From an uncultured Bacteroides sp. (GTDB lineage: Bacteria > Bacteroidota > Bacteroidia > Bacteroidales > Muribaculaceae): a stretch of 59,963 nt of DNA. A program made the translations under genes and the position numbers. The stretch covers positions 9,909 to 69,871 of the forward strand of contig CAZSHV010000001.1 in assembly GCA_964606815.1 (NCBI GenBank). The letters are read 5' to 3'. Under the pieces are notes generated by a model. It saw only the letters and a program-made list of their open reading frames with translations, was not told the DNA's origin and made no database searches. This document shows positions 1 to 9,526 of this stretch, in pieces. Each line of letters opens with the position of its first letter. The first letter of the stretch is position 1.

Positions 1-180
1 ATCTGCCGCGAATGGGAGAAGCTGACCGCCGACCCCGCGCAGAATCGCCAAGACGTGGTCGACTACCTCAAGAAAAAGTACGGCGTGCACTCCAGCGGCA
101 CCATCTACACCATCCTCAAGCGAGCCAGATGCAAGGCGCAGGCCGCGGAGGCCAACCAGACGCAAGAAACGGAGGACTGA
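1..180 (+). CDS. Partial (5'-truncated) small phage HTH DNA-binding protein
   Basis: Frame 1 is open from base 1: ICREWEKLTADPAQNRQDVVDYLKKKYGVHSSGTIYTILKRAR...TED*; HTH-like 'KYGVHSSGTIYTILKR'. Confidence 0.55.
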   Translation: MCREWEKLTADPAQNRQDVVDYLKKKYGVHSSGTIYTILKRARCKAQAAEANQTQETED

Positions 181-183
181 GCC

Positions 184-486
184 ATGACAGCGGAACTGAA
201 GAAATACATGGACGAGCGGTTCGACCGCCTCGAGACCACTACCCTCATCGGAACCAAGACGATCCTCACAGCGGAGGAGGCGGCGATCTACATCGGCTAC
301 GCGCTCAGGGGCCTGTACATGCTCACAAGCGAAAGACGAATCCCCCACTTCAAGAAGAACGGCAAGCTCTACTTCAAGAAGGACGAGCTGGACCAGTGGA
401 TGACCGAGAACCGGGTACTGACCGAAGACCAGATCAACAGCCAGGCAGCGACGTACACAACGCTGCGCAGAGGCCGCAGAAGCTAA
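184..486 (+). CDS. Excisionase-like helix-turn-helix protein (HTH_17)
   Basis: 'LTAEEAAIYIG...LYMLTSERRIPHFKKNGKLYFKKDELDQW' fits the Xis/HTH_17 pattern. Confidence 0.85.
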   Translation: MTAELKKYMDERFDRLETTTLIGTKTILTAEEAAIYIGYALRGLYMLTSERRIPHFKKNGKLYFKKDELDQWMTENRVLTEDQINSQAATYTTLRRGRRS

Positions 487-519
487 CCGACAATCAACCC
501 CCTTAACACTACCCAGGAA

Positions 520-1422
520 ATGGCACAAGAAAACCAAATCACACAGTCACAAGCGACATCCGTACCTCAGAAACCGCAAAGCGTAGGCGAACTGATGCGC
601 TCGCCCGGCGTGACAGCCAAAATCAAAGAGATGCTCGGCAGCGAGAAAGTCGCCGCCGGGTTCATCAGCTCCGTCATCAGCGTCACAAGCGGCAGCAAGC
701 TGCTACGCAAGGCCGACCCGATGACCGTGGTGGGAGCGGCCATGGTGGCCGCCACCCTGCAGCTGCCCGTGGTGCCCACCATAGGCCTGGCCTACATCGT
801 GCCCTACAAGGGGCAGGCGCAGTTCCAGATCGGCTACAAGGGCCTGATAGAGCTGGCCGAGCGCAGCGGGCAGTTCCGCAACATCATCGACGAGGTGGTC
901 TACGAGGGCCAGCTCGTGAGCGGCAACCGCTTCACCGGAGAGTACGTCTTCGACGAGTCGGCCAAGAAGAGCGACAAGGTGATAGGCTACATGGCCCGCT
1001 TCGACCTCGTCAACGGATTCTCCAAGACGATCTACTGGACCAGGGAGCAAATCGAGGAACACGCAAAGAAGTTCTCGCAGGCCTACCGCAGCGGCTACGA
1101 CAGCCCCTGGCGCAGCGACTTCGACTCCATGGCGCGAAAGACTGTGCTCAAGGCCCTCTTCAGCAAGTACGCCCCCAAGAGCATACAGATGCAGACGGCT
1201 ATCAGCTACGACCAGGCCTCCGTGCGAGCCGACAGGGAGACGCTGGCCTCCCCCGAAGCCATCAATATCGACGCCTACGACGTCGAATACATCGACAACC
1301 CACAATCCTCCATCCCATCGGAAGAAACGGCTCAGAACGCTCGTGACGCGGCGACAGAGGCATCCGAGCGGGCGGCCGCGGCCATGGCGCAGGCCACAGG
1401 GGACGCGCAGGCCGGAATTTGA
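520..1422 (+). CDS. recT: RecT-family single-strand annealing recombinase
   Basis: Motifs 'GLAYIVPYKGQAQFQIGYKGLIELAERSG' and 'PWRSDFDSMARKTVLK'. Confidence 0.92.
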   Translation: MAQENQITQSQATSVPQKPQSVGELMRSPGVTAKIKEMLGSEKVAAGFISSVISVTSGSKLLRKADPMTVVGAAMVAATLQLPVVPTIGLAYIVPYKGQAQFQIGYKGLIELAERSGQFRNIIDEVVYEGQLVSGNRFTGEYVFDESAKKSDKVIGYMARFDLVNGFSKTIYWTREQIEEHAKKFSQAYRSGYDSPWRSDFDSMARKTVLKALFSKYAPKSIQMQTAISYDQASVRADRETLASPEAINIDAYDVEYIDNPQSSIPSEETAQNARDAATEASERAAAAMAQATGDAQAGI

Positions 1423-1473
1423 CCGCCGGAGCCCACTGACAGCAACACTCGAAAAATCAAAAAAAACACCACC

Positions 1474-1686
1474 ATGACACAGCCCATCATCCCAGCCGCG
1501 TCGCTCACCGACGAGCAGCGGCAGAGCATCGTCAAACTCTACGGAGACGCGCTCTGCCTCATCCACACGGAGGCCACATCCGAGTTCGCGCAGATCATCC
1601 AGTCGCAGGCAGAAGGCATGCTTATAGTCTGCGACGACATCTTCGGCCGCGCCTTCTTTGAAACCGCCCTCAGCCCCTCGGCCTGA
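1474..1686 (+). CDS. Hypothetical phage protein
   Basis: 70 aa ORF after an A-rich initiation region, co-oriented with neighbours. Confidence 0.6.
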   Translation: MTQPIIPAASLTDEQRQSIVKLYGDALCLIHTEATSEFAQIIQSQAEGMLIVCDDIFGRAFFETALSPSA

Positions 1687-1734
1687 CCGCGGCTCCGGAA
1701 ACAGAACAACCAACGACAAAAACAGACAAACGAA

Positions 1735-2202
1735 ATGACAGGAATAATTTTTTTACTGATCGCCATAGCCGGGGGCTGCGCCGCCGCCGTCTACATGCTC
1801 GTCGCCCTTGACACCATGGAGCGCAGCCTCGGAGAGCTGCGCCGAGCGGTCCACGAGCTGCGCCATGGCATCGTCGGCGCGCAGGAGGGGCTGAGGGCCC
1901 ACTCGATACGCATCTCCGCCGCGGAATACGAGCAGGAGAGCCTGCGCGACGCCTTGGGGCGCGTTGTCTACACCCCCGCCCGCGGCATCGTCCGCTACCT
2001 GGGCCAGCGCAACGAGGAGCGCAACCTGCGCGCCGCGGAGAACGCCGGAGCCACCGCCGAGCAGTTCGCCCAGGCCGCCGCCGAGATCGCAGCCCTCTGG
2101 ACGGAGGAAGGCCGCGTGTTCCCCTGCTACCGAGCCTTCGCCGGCGCGCTCACCGCCGCCGCCACCAAGCAACTCGTAAAAACGGACGACCATGGAGAAT
2201 GA
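1735..2202 (+). CDS. Hypothetical protein with N-terminal TM helix and coiled coil
   Basis: Hydrophobic N-terminus, heptad-like segment, A-rich leader. Confidence 0.6.
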   Translation: MTGIIFLLIAIAGGCAAAVYMLVALDTMERSLGELRRAVHELRHGIVGAQEGLRAHSIRISAAEYEQESLRDALGRVVYTPARGIVRYLGQRNEERNLRAAENAGATAEQFAQAAAEIAALWTEEGRVFPCYRAFAGALTAAATKQLVKTDDHGE

Positions 2203-2758
2203 CGCGCTTAACTCGGCCCGGACGCGCAGGCGCATTGAGGAGGTCGCCGCTCTATGCGGCGGCCAAGGCCACGGCAAACCCGTGTGGGACCTCGTGCTCG
2301 GATGCGCCGAGGAGGCATACGCCTTGGCCGCCGCGGCAGGCGAGGACGTGAGCCCCGATAGCTGCCGATCCGCGTATTCAGACGCGGTGCGCCGCTACCT
2401 GCTCGGCCGCAGCTCGTTCGCGGCCCCTACCTGGCTCGAGAGCCTGGACGACGCGAGATTCAGCGACTACTACGCCTGCAACATCCTCGGCACACTCGAC
2501 GACGAGCTTGCCGACATGACCATCTGCTGCGCCCGCTGGCTCGCCGCCGAGGCAAGACGATCAGACCGCGCCGGCGGTCTTGACAAAGACAGCGCGGCCG
2601 CGCTGGGACGCTGCGTCGACGACATAGCTCGGAGGGTGAGCGGCCTCGAAGACAGAGTGCTGATGTACCACCGCGTGCGCCAGCTGGCAGCCCATGTGCG
2701 CATGAAGACGCGCTACAACCGGCTGCATCCCGACCACGCATACGCCCAGCTGCCATGA
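2192..2758 (+). CDS. Hypothetical phage protein
   Basis: Overlaps the upstream ORF; ATGA-coupled to the YqaJ gene. Confidence 0.6.
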   Translation: MENDALNSARTRRRIEEVAALCGGQGHGKPVWDLVLGCAEEAYALAAAAGEDVSPDSCRSAYSDAVRRYLLGRSSFAAPTWLESLDDARFSDYYACNILGTLDDELADMTICCARWLAAEARRSDRAGGLDKDSAAALGRCVDDIARRVSGLEDRVLMYHRVRQLAAHVRMKTRYNRLHPDHAYAQLP

Positions 2759-3702
2759 CACGCACCAGACTGACGTTCAAGGACCGCGACCAATGGCTCG
2801 CGGCGCGCAGGGAGGGCATCGGAGCCTCCGAGGTGGCCACCATCGTGGGGCTCAACCCCTGGGAGACCCCCTACCAGCTGTGGAGGCGCAAGGTCGGCCT
2901 GGACGAGGCCAAACCCATGAGCGCGGCCATGGCGGCCGGCCACATCCTCGAGGACGGCGTGGCCCGCTACTGGGCCGAGGCCACCGGAAGGCAGATAATC
3001 CAGTCAAGCAGAAGCGACTTCATGTTCGTAGACCCCGAGAAGCCATTCCTGCGCGTGAGCCCCGACCGCACTTACTGGCTGGAGGGCGAGCCCCGCAACG
3101 ACGACAACAAGGGCATCCTCGAGTGCAAGACCACCCGCATGGTCGTAGACCCGGCTGACCTGCCAAAGCACTGGTTCGCCCAGGTGCAGATGAACCTCGG
3201 CGTGGCGGGCTACACCAGCGGCAGCCTGGCGTGGCTCTCGGCGGCGGGGGGCTTCGACTTCGGCTACCAGGACATCAAGCTCGTGCCCGACTTCTTCGGC
3301 TGGCTGGCCGAGGAGACCGAGCGGTTCTGGACGGACTGCGTGCAAGGCGGGGCCGAGCCCAGCGCGGAGAGCGTCAAGGACGTGCTGCTGAAATACGCCG
3401 TCCACGCCCCCGGCAAGGTGGTGGAGGCCGACGAGGATCTGCTGAAGCTCTGCGGCGACATCAAGGCCGTGCGGGCGGAGATGGACGCCCTCGCTGCCCG
3501 CAAGGAAGAGCTGGAGGCGAGGCTGAAGACGGCCTTCGGCGACGCCGAGGCCATAGCCCGCGGCGGCGAGACCCTGGCCACGTTCAAGGCCCCCAAGGCC
3601 GGGACGAAGTTCGACGCCAAGGCCTTCCAGGCCGAGCACCCCGACCTCGCCGCCCGCTACAGCAAACCCTCGCAAGGAGCCAGGAGGCTGCTGCTGAAAT
3701 GA
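2755..3702 (+). CDS. YqaJ-like viral recombinase / lambda-type exonuclease
   Basis: 'WLAARREGIGASEVATIVGLNPWETPYQLW', 'SPDR...ILECKT', 'QVQ'; usual partner of RecT. Confidence 0.92.
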   Translation: MTRTRLTFKDRDQWLAARREGIGASEVATIVGLNPWETPYQLWRRKVGLDEAKPMSAAMAAGHILEDGVARYWAEATGRQIIQSSRSDFMFVDPEKPFLRVSPDRTYWLEGEPRNDDNKGILECKTTRMVVDPADLPKHWFAQVQMNLGVAGYTSGSLAWLSAAGGFDFGYQDIKLVPDFFGWLAEETERFWTDCVQGGAEPSAESVKDVLLKYAVHAPGKVVEADEDLLKLCGDIKAVRAEMDALAARKEELEARLKTAFGDAEAIARGGETLATFKAPKAGTKFDAKAFQAEHPDLAARYSKPSQGARRLLLK

Positions 3703-3863
3703 TAGCCGTCTCAAACGCCGACCGCGACAAGATCGCCGCGCTGCTGCGTGCGTTTTCCCGCCAACGGGCGACCAGCACCAAGGAGGCCAACGACCAACGC
3801 ATGGCATCGCTGCTCGCCCGGAAGCTGGAGCGCAAGAAACCATTCAACCCAACGAAACACTAA
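3699..3863 (+). CDS. Small hypothetical phage protein
   Basis: ATGA overlap with the YqaJ stop; MIAVSNADRDK...NPTKH. Confidence 0.55.
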   Translation: MIAVSNADRDKIAALLRAFSRQRATSTKEANDQRMASLLARKLERKKPFNPTKH

Positions 3864-3880
3864 CGAAAAAAAACCACACA

Positions 3881-4816
3881 ATGAGCAAAGAGAGCATTGT
3901 CTTCTACAAAGACTGGTGGAACGCTATAAAGAGCCTCCCGAAGGAGATGCGGATGGATGTGATGGCGGCCATCATGGACTACGGGTTCGAGGGCACTGAG
4001 CCCGAGGACGCTATGCTGAAGTTCGCCACGGCGCAGATGCGCATGTTCATCGACCGACACACCAAGAGATTCGAGGAAACGTGCGAAAGGCGCAAAGCCG
4101 CCATCAAAAAGCGGTGGGATAAGGGCAAGGACGACGAAGGCGTACAAGATAACGCGAATGTGTCCGACAGCATACAAACGAATACAAATGTATCGGACAG
4201 CATACAAACGAATACAAATGTATCGGATAGTATACAAGAGAATACAATTGTATCGGAAACCTCACCTAAGCATACAAAAGGATACAACCCGATACAACCC
4301 GATACAACCCGATACCTAAATGATAATGAGAATGAGAATGATAATGAGAATGATAATGAGAATGATACTACGTCTACAAGTAGCCGTAGTAGATATTCTT
4401 CGCGCGCGAGTGCCGGCGGCTACGACGACGACACCCTGATCGTTGAGTTTTTCGCCCCGGAGAAAGAGCAGACCACGGCGGCTATAGCCATGCAGCTGCA
4501 CATGAGCCTCGACGACCTGCGGCAGATGGCGGAGGAGGTCGTGACCGAATGGAAGCAGACCGGCAAGCGGCACGAAAGCTACAACGACGCCTCCCGCCAC
4601 CTGATCAGCGTGCTGCGAAAGAAAAGGCAATGGACGAAGAAACAGCCGGGAGGCAACAAGGACGACCCCAGGCTGGGCGTGGGAGAGTTCCGTGACTCTC
4701 AAGGCAGGCGCACTTACGGCACCAGCGGCATCGTGGTGCCCGAATCGGCCCCGCCCCGCCCCTCGGCAGGGCATTGGTGGAGCGTGCCGTCTAACGCCTG
4801 GTGCTCGATGATATGA
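3881..4816 (+). CDS. Phage replication initiator (DUF6291-like N-terminus)
   Basis: N-terminal 'SIVFYKDWWNAIKSLP...AIMDYGFEG', internal repeats, NDNEN linker, located upstream of the primase-helicase. Confidence 0.75.
   Translation: MSKESIVFYKDWWNAIKSLPKEMRMDVMAAIMDYGFEGTEPEDAMLKFATAQMRMFIDRHTKRFEETCERRKAAIKKRWDKGKDDEGVQDNANVSDSIQTNTNVSDSIQTNTNVSDSIQENTIVSETSPKHTKGYNPIQPDTTRYLNDNENENDNENDNENDTTSTSSRSRYSSRASAGGYDDDTLIVEFFAPEKEQTTAAIAMQLHMSLDDLRQMAEEVVTEWKQTGKRHESYNDASRHLISVLRKKRQWTKKQPGGNKDDPRLGVGEFRDSQGRRTYGTSGIVVPESAPPRPSAGHWWSVPSNAWCSMI
4141..4367. repeat. Iteron-like tandem repeats inside the initiator gene (putative phage ori)
   Basis: About four imperfect 30-bp units (CATACAAACGAATACAAATGTATCGGACAG), 3x GATACAACCC (4281-4310), then an AATGAT/AATGAG tract. 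Confidence 0.8.
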
Positions 4817-6648
4817 GGGACTACAGAGACTACGGCATCGAGATCCCCGGCGGCCGCTCGGGCGGCAAGGTGAAGTGCTTCTGCCCGCAGTGCCACGACA
4901 CGCGCCGCGACAAGCGCGACAGGAGTCTCTCCGTCGACCTGGACAAAGGCGTGTGGAACTGCCACTACTGCGGCTGGGGCGGCGCACTGGGCCGCTCCGA
5001 CGAGGAGAAGGAGCGGTGGATGCGCTCGCAGCCCTGGTTCCGCCCTGCGCCGATCCGCAGGCAGAAACCTGCGTACAAGCGACCGTCTGCGACAGGGAGT
5101 ACGACCCTGTCTGCGAAAGCGGTGAAGTGGTTTGCTTCCAGGGGCATCTCCCTTGCCACGCTCCGGGCGGCGAAGGTCACGGAAGGGCTGGAATGGATGC
5201 CGCAGAAGAACTGCAAGGCGAACACCGTCCAGTTCAACTATATCCTCAACGGCGCGCTGATAAACACGAAGTTCCGCACGGGCGACAAGTGCTTCAAACT
5301 CGTTTCGGGGGCGGAGCTGCTGCCGTACAACATCGACGCCATCAAGGGCCAGCCCACGTGCGTCATCACCGAGGGCGAGATGGACGCGCTCTCGTTCATG
5401 GAGGCCGGCGTTGCCTCGGTGGTGAGCGTGCCCAACGGAGCGAACGCCAACCTCGACTACCTCGACGACTTCATCGAGGACTACTTCGACGACAAGCAGA
5501 CCATCTACATCGCCGTCGACACCGACACCAAGGGCACGGAGCTGCGAGACGAGCTGCTGCGCCGCTTCGGCCCGGAGAGATGCCGCGTGCTGGACTTCGG
5601 CGACGACTGCAAGGACGCCAACGAGCACCTCATGGCCCACGGAATGGAAAGCCTGCTGCGCTGCCTCGCGGATGCTCCGGAGGTCAAGGTGGAGGGCGTC
5701 TTCTCTGTCTCCGACTTCGAGCAGAGCCTGGACGCTATCTTCGAGGACGGCCTGCAAAGGGGCGTCACCATCGGCCACGAGAACATCGATCGCTTCCTGA
5801 GCTTCGAGACGCGACGCCTTTGCCTGGTCACCGGATACCCCGGCAGCGGAAAGTCGGAGTTCATCGACGAGATGGCCGAACGCCTGAACATCCGCTACGG
5901 CTGGCGATTCGCCTACTTCAGCCCGGAAAACGCTCCCCTGGCCTACCACGCCAGCAAGCTCATCGAGAAGTTCACCGGCCGCAGATTCCACCGCAGCTGC
6001 CTGACCTACGGCGAGTACAAGCAGGTGAAGGAGCACCTGGAGCAGAATTTCTTCTTCATATCCCCCGCCGACTACCGCGTGGACACGATTCTGGAGAAGG
6101 CCCGCTACCTGGTGCGCCGCCGAGGCATAAAGGCTCTCGTGATCGACCCCTACAACCGTCTGGAGGACGAGCGGGGAAGCCGCAAGGAGACGGACTACGT
6201 GAGCCGCCTGCTGGACAAGCTCACCAACTTCGCCCAGCAGAACGACATCCTGGTCATCCTAATGGCCCACCCCGCCAAGCCGGCTAAAAACAAGGACGGC
6301 AAGATCGACCCTCCTTCCCTCTACGACATCAGCGGCTCGGCCCACTTTTTCAACAAGGCCGACTTCGGCATAGTCGTGCACCGCGACAGGGCGAACAACA
6401 CCGTGGAGATCCGAGTGGAGAAGGTCAAGTTCCGCCACCTGGGCGAGCCGGGCGTGGCCGTGATGTGCTACAACCCCGTCAACGGACGCTATGTGGACGT
6501 CGTTGCCGACCTGCCCCCGCATTGGGACAACGCCAACCACCTGATGGAGGCCGAGAAGAGGCGACAATCAGCCGCAGATGGAGCGGCGCGCCTGGATTTT
6601 GACGCGTCTGACCCCTTTGCGCCCATAGAGGGCGATGTGCCTTTCTAA
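4813..6648 (+). CDS. Bifunctional DNA primase/helicase (Zn finger + TOPRIM + SF4 helicase; T7 gp4/Twinkle-like)
   Basis: CPQC...CHYC Zn finger; 'ITEGEMDALS' and 'DTD' TOPRIM motifs; Walker A 'GYPGSGKS'; 'VIDPYN'; ATGA-coupled start at 4813. Confidence 0.92.
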   Translation: MRDYRDYGIEIPGGRSGGKVKCFCPQCHDTRRDKRDRSLSVDLDKGVWNCHYCGWGGALGRSDEEKERWMRSQPWFRPAPIRRQKPAYKRPSATGSTTLSAKAVKWFASRGISLATLRAAKVTEGLEWMPQKNCKANTVQFNYILNGALINTKFRTGDKCFKLVSGAELLPYNIDAIKGQPTCVITEGEMDALSFMEAGVASVVSVPNGANANLDYLDDFIEDYFDDKQTIYIAVDTDTKGTELRDELLRRFGPERCRVLDFGDDCKDANEHLMAHGMESLLRCLADAPEVKVEGVFSVSDFEQSLDAIFEDGLQRGVTIGHENIDRFLSFETRRLCLVTGYPGSGKSEFIDEMAERLNIRYGWRFAYFSPENAPLAYHASKLIEKFTGRRFHRSCLTYGEYKQVKEHLEQNFFFISPADYRVDTILEKARYLVRRRGIKALVIDPYNRLEDERGSRKETDYVSRLLDKLTNFAQQNDILVILMAHPAKPAKNKDGKIDPPSLYDISGSAHFFNKADFGIVVHRDRANNTVEIRVEKVKFRHLGEPGVAVMCYNPVNGRYVDVVADLPPHWDNANHLMEAEKRRQSAADGAARLDFDASDPFAPIEGDVPF

Positions 6649-6666
6649 CCATTCATTCCACCCGAA

Positions 6667-7461
6667 ATGAAAGACTTACCGAATCATTCGTTACCATCGT
6701 TCTTGCCCCCTCTGAACGCAAACGCAAATATTCCGAACGTCGGGAGCAACAGCCGCCTCTGCAGGCTGTTAGCCCTGCAAAAGGGCTCGCAGCCAACCAT
6801 TACCGCAGCCCGATTCAGCGACCTACGCCATGAGCGCCAGAAGAGCCGCGAAGTGCCGGAAATCAACATCTCCAAGCGGCTCACCAAGGACGAGCTTTTC
6901 CGCGTGGCTTACATGCCCTTCGTCATGGCGCAGGTGGTGTGGGACTACGCCGACACGCTCTGCGATCTGTCGGTCATCGCCCGCGAGAGCAGGCTCAAAC
7001 GCCTGTGCCGAGCGGTGAAGGGCCTCCGCAGGGAGTACGACCGCGGCCGAGCACCTTTCATTGACTCCGCGGCGCAGGCCAAGGAGGAGGAGCACATGAT
7101 CGCCTTCCAGGAAGCGCACCGCGACTTCTTCGCGAAGCTCCGACTGGCCGTCACGGAGAGAATCCACACCTCGCACGGCGTCCTCGACCCTGACAGGGAG
7201 ACGCTGGTGGCGGCCTGCTGCATGGGGGTGCTTTGCCACCGGGCATTGCGCAAGTTGGTCGCCTGGGCCGACGCGCTCATTGAGCGAAAGTGCGGCCGCG
7301 CCAGCCACAGCATAATGCCCGACCAGATGCGGCAGCTCGGCACCCTGCTGCCCGAATTCGCCGGCGACTACGGGATTGACCTCGGCACCCCGCAAATGGA
7401 CATGTGGCGCGACACGCTCGTCAACCACGTCCTCTCCGTGGAACTAATCGAAAACAGATAA
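6667..7461 (+). CDS. Hypothetical phage protein
   Basis: 264 aa ORF within the operon; start uncertain. Confidence 0.6.
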   Translation: MKDLPNHSLPSFLPPLNANANIPNVGSNSRLCRLLALQKGSQPTITAARFSDLRHERQKSREVPEINISKRLTKDELFRVAYMPFVMAQVVWDYADTLCDLSVIARESRLKRLCRAVKGLRREYDRGRAPFIDSAAQAKEEEHMIAFQEAHRDFFAKLRLAVTERIHTSHGVLDPDRETLVAACCMGVLCHRALRKLVAWADALIERKCGRASHSIMPDQMRQLGTLLPEFAGDYGIDLGTPQMDMWRDTLVNHVLSVELIENR

Positions 7462-7496
7462 ACATCACTTAATCAACCCTCTAAAACTCAACATCA

Positions 7497-7928
7497 ATGA
7501 GCAATTTCGGAATCAAAATCGACTTCCTCAAACTCAAGGGAGCCGCTGTGACAGAGCTGCAGACGCCGCAAGGCGTGAAGCGTTGCCTGGTCATTCCAGT
7601 GGACGACAACCACCTCTTCGTGGGGCAGAAGGGCTGCTACCTCGACCTGGTGGCCTTCGAGATGCGCAGCCCCAAGTACGAAAGCACGCACACGCTTAAG
7701 CAGAGTCTGCCCAAGGCCGTGCGCGAGGCTATGCCGGAGCAGGAGCGCAACGCCCAGCCCATACTCGGCGACCTCAAACCCCTCGGCGGCAATGCGCCGC
7801 AACTGCCCTCCACAGGCCCCGTACCGGGCGGCGGTGGCTACAGCTACGTGGATCCCACCCGAGGCTTCACCGCGCCGCCGTCCCCTCCCGCTGCCCCGAC
7901 CACCTCCGATGACGGCCTGCCGTTCTGA
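7497..7928 (+). CDS. Putative phage single-stranded DNA-binding protein
   Basis: Beta-rich N-terminal domain, Pro/Gly linker, acidic 'DDGLPF' C-terminal tail typical of SSBs. Confidence 0.65.
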   Translation: MSNFGIKIDFLKLKGAAVTELQTPQGVKRCLVIPVDDNHLFVGQKGCYLDLVAFEMRSPKYESTHTLKQSLPKAVREAMPEQERNAQPILGDLKPLGGNAPQLPSTGPVPGGGGYSYVDPTRGFTAPPSPPAAPTTSDDGLPF

Positions 7929-8026
7929 TCGTCTTAACCCGCGAATCTGACCACGGCCAAAGCACGGCGAGCGGAGAATCCTCGGTGAGATTTTTTTTAG
8001 ATTGTTTGGAAAAAAGTGCCTGAAAA

Positions 8027-8058
8027 TTTGGTTAGTATTATAATTATTACTACATTTG
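8027..8058 (+). promoter_or_regulatory. Bacteroidetes primary-sigma promoter for the DUF5053 gene
   Basis: TTTG (8027-30), 20-nt spacer, TACATTTG (8051-58). Confidence 0.7.
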
Positions 8059-8107
8059 CAATGTAGTTAAACATTTAACCACCAATCAATAACGACATAA
8101 AAATTTC

Positions 8108-8320
8108 ATGAATCATCTTGACGACATCTCCCTTTACATCAAATGGGGCAATATCTCAAAGGACTACTTCGGCTTCTCGAGAGGCTGGATTTATCAGCGG
8201 TTAAACGGCTACGACGGCAACGGCAATGCTTGTGAGTTCACCACTCAACAGAAGGAAACTCTTCGAGAAGCACTACGTGACCTGGCGCGAAAACTAAACG
8301 AGACCGCCGACAAAATATAA
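8108..8320 (+). CDS. DUF5053-like HTH protein
   Basis: 'ISKDYFGFSRGWIYQRLNGYDGNG...FTTQQKETLREALRDLA'. Confidence 0.75.
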   Translation: MNHLDDISLYIKWGNISKDYFGFSRGWIYQRLNGYDGNGNACEFTTQQKETLREALRDLARKLNETADKI

Positions 8321-8523
8321 GGCTCTGTTAAATGTTTGACTACGCCGCTTATTCCTTCAGAGCCGGAATAAGCACCTGGCCCGATTGGCGTCAAAGCCTT
8401 TCGGGCCTCTCTGTTTATCGGGCTGCCGGAGAGCTTCGACAAATAACCAAATTTTTGCTGAAAAACTGACTCAAAGACTCGGGGTAGCGGCTTAATCTCC
8501 CCTGCTCTATCGTTTCCATCGCC

Positions 8524-8925
8524 ATGACTATGAAAACACCAACCAAACACTCAAAATCGCGCGGAAAGGCCGCAAAAACGCCTTCATCGGACTTATTCAC
8601 GGCTCTGTGCAAGTCGGAGCTGCGGGTGGACTGCGTCAAGGAATACCGCTTCCACCCCACTCGCAGATGGCGGTTCGACTACGCCATCCCAGCCCACAAG
8701 ATAGCCGTGGAGGTGGAGGGCGGCGTGTGGACGGGAGGCAGGCACACGTCGCCGCAGGGCTTCCTGAAGGACATGGAGAAGTACAACGCCGCTGCTCTCC
8801 TGGGCTGGCGCCTGTTCCGAGTGACGCCCGAAAGCCAGCTCGCCAACGATACGATTTCCATGCTCCGACAAGCTATTACGGGAGAATATGACAACCAGTA
8901 CGACATTTTCAAGGCAAAATCATGA
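8524..8925 (+). CDS. Phage PD-(D/E)xK endonuclease (Vsr/DUF559-like)
   Basis: 'EYRFHPTRRWRFDYAIPAHKIAVEVEGG...DMEKYNAAALLGW'. Confidence 0.8.
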   Translation: MTMKTPTKHSKSRGKAAKTPSSDLFTALCKSELRVDCVKEYRFHPTRRWRFDYAIPAHKIAVEVEGGVWTGGRHTSPQGFLKDMEKYNAAALLGWRLFRVTPESQLANDTISMLRQAITGEYDNQYDIFKAKS

Positions 8926-8939
8926 TTATATCATAAACA
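8923..8939. promoter_or_regulatory. Palindromic operator copy 1 (TGATTA-N5-TAAACA)
   Basis: 5 bp upstream of the TACCTTTG -7 box at 8945-8952; recurs at 10469, 21331 and 37878. Confidence 0.6.
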
Positions 8940-8956
8940 TTTACTACCTTTGCGCC

Positions 8957-9526
8957 ATGGCAAAAGGCAGCGGATCATTACGAAGCACTAAACCAAGCTC
9001 TAACAGCATAGCGCACAACAGGGGTGTTTTTGATTTTGAAACATCGATGCCCGATGTGCTAATGGGAGAGTCATATTTTTCTGAGTCCAGCGGAGGATTC
9101 GTGTTAGGGATGAAAGGCCACAATTATGATGACATCGAAAGAGAGGCATTTCGGCACATGGCTGACAATGGATTCTTAGTTGTCGCTACTCCCGAAGGCG
9201 GCATGGCGTACATATCCGGAAAGTCAGCAAAGGGCAAGATGCTCTATGCTGACGGACTACTGATGGGGAAAGTTTTCGAGCTTAAATCGCCTTCTCCTCA
9301 ATCGTCCAAAGAAGAAGCACTCGACAATTCGATAAAAAAAGCCTTGAACCACGCGCGTTCCAAGCAGGCAAACGTACCCGTCATCTACGACCGAAACGGC
9401 ATTTACCACAGGGACAACATCGAAAGAGGTCTCGCCGACTACGAAAGCAAGTCCGACGTGCGATTCAGCGCAATTATCGTAATCGACAGGTATGGTCGTG
9501 TATGGGAACACCAACATAACAAGTGA
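8957..9526 (+). CDS. Putative PD-(D/E)xK nuclease, CdiA C-terminal tRNase-like
   Basis: 'ADGLLMGKVFELKS...IKKALNHARSKQANVPVIYD' D-ExK pattern; AT-richer than its neighbours; likely start is ATG 8957 (MAKGSG). Confidence 0.6.
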   Translation: MAKGSGSLRSTKPSSNSIAHNRGVFDFETSMPDVLMGESYFSESSGGFVLGMKGHNYDDIEREAFRHMADNGFLVVATPEGGMAYISGKSAKGKMLYADGLLMGKVFELKSPSPQSSKEEALDNSIKKALNHARSKQANVPVIYDRNGIYHRDNIERGLADYESKSDVRFSAIIVIDRYGRVWEHQHNK

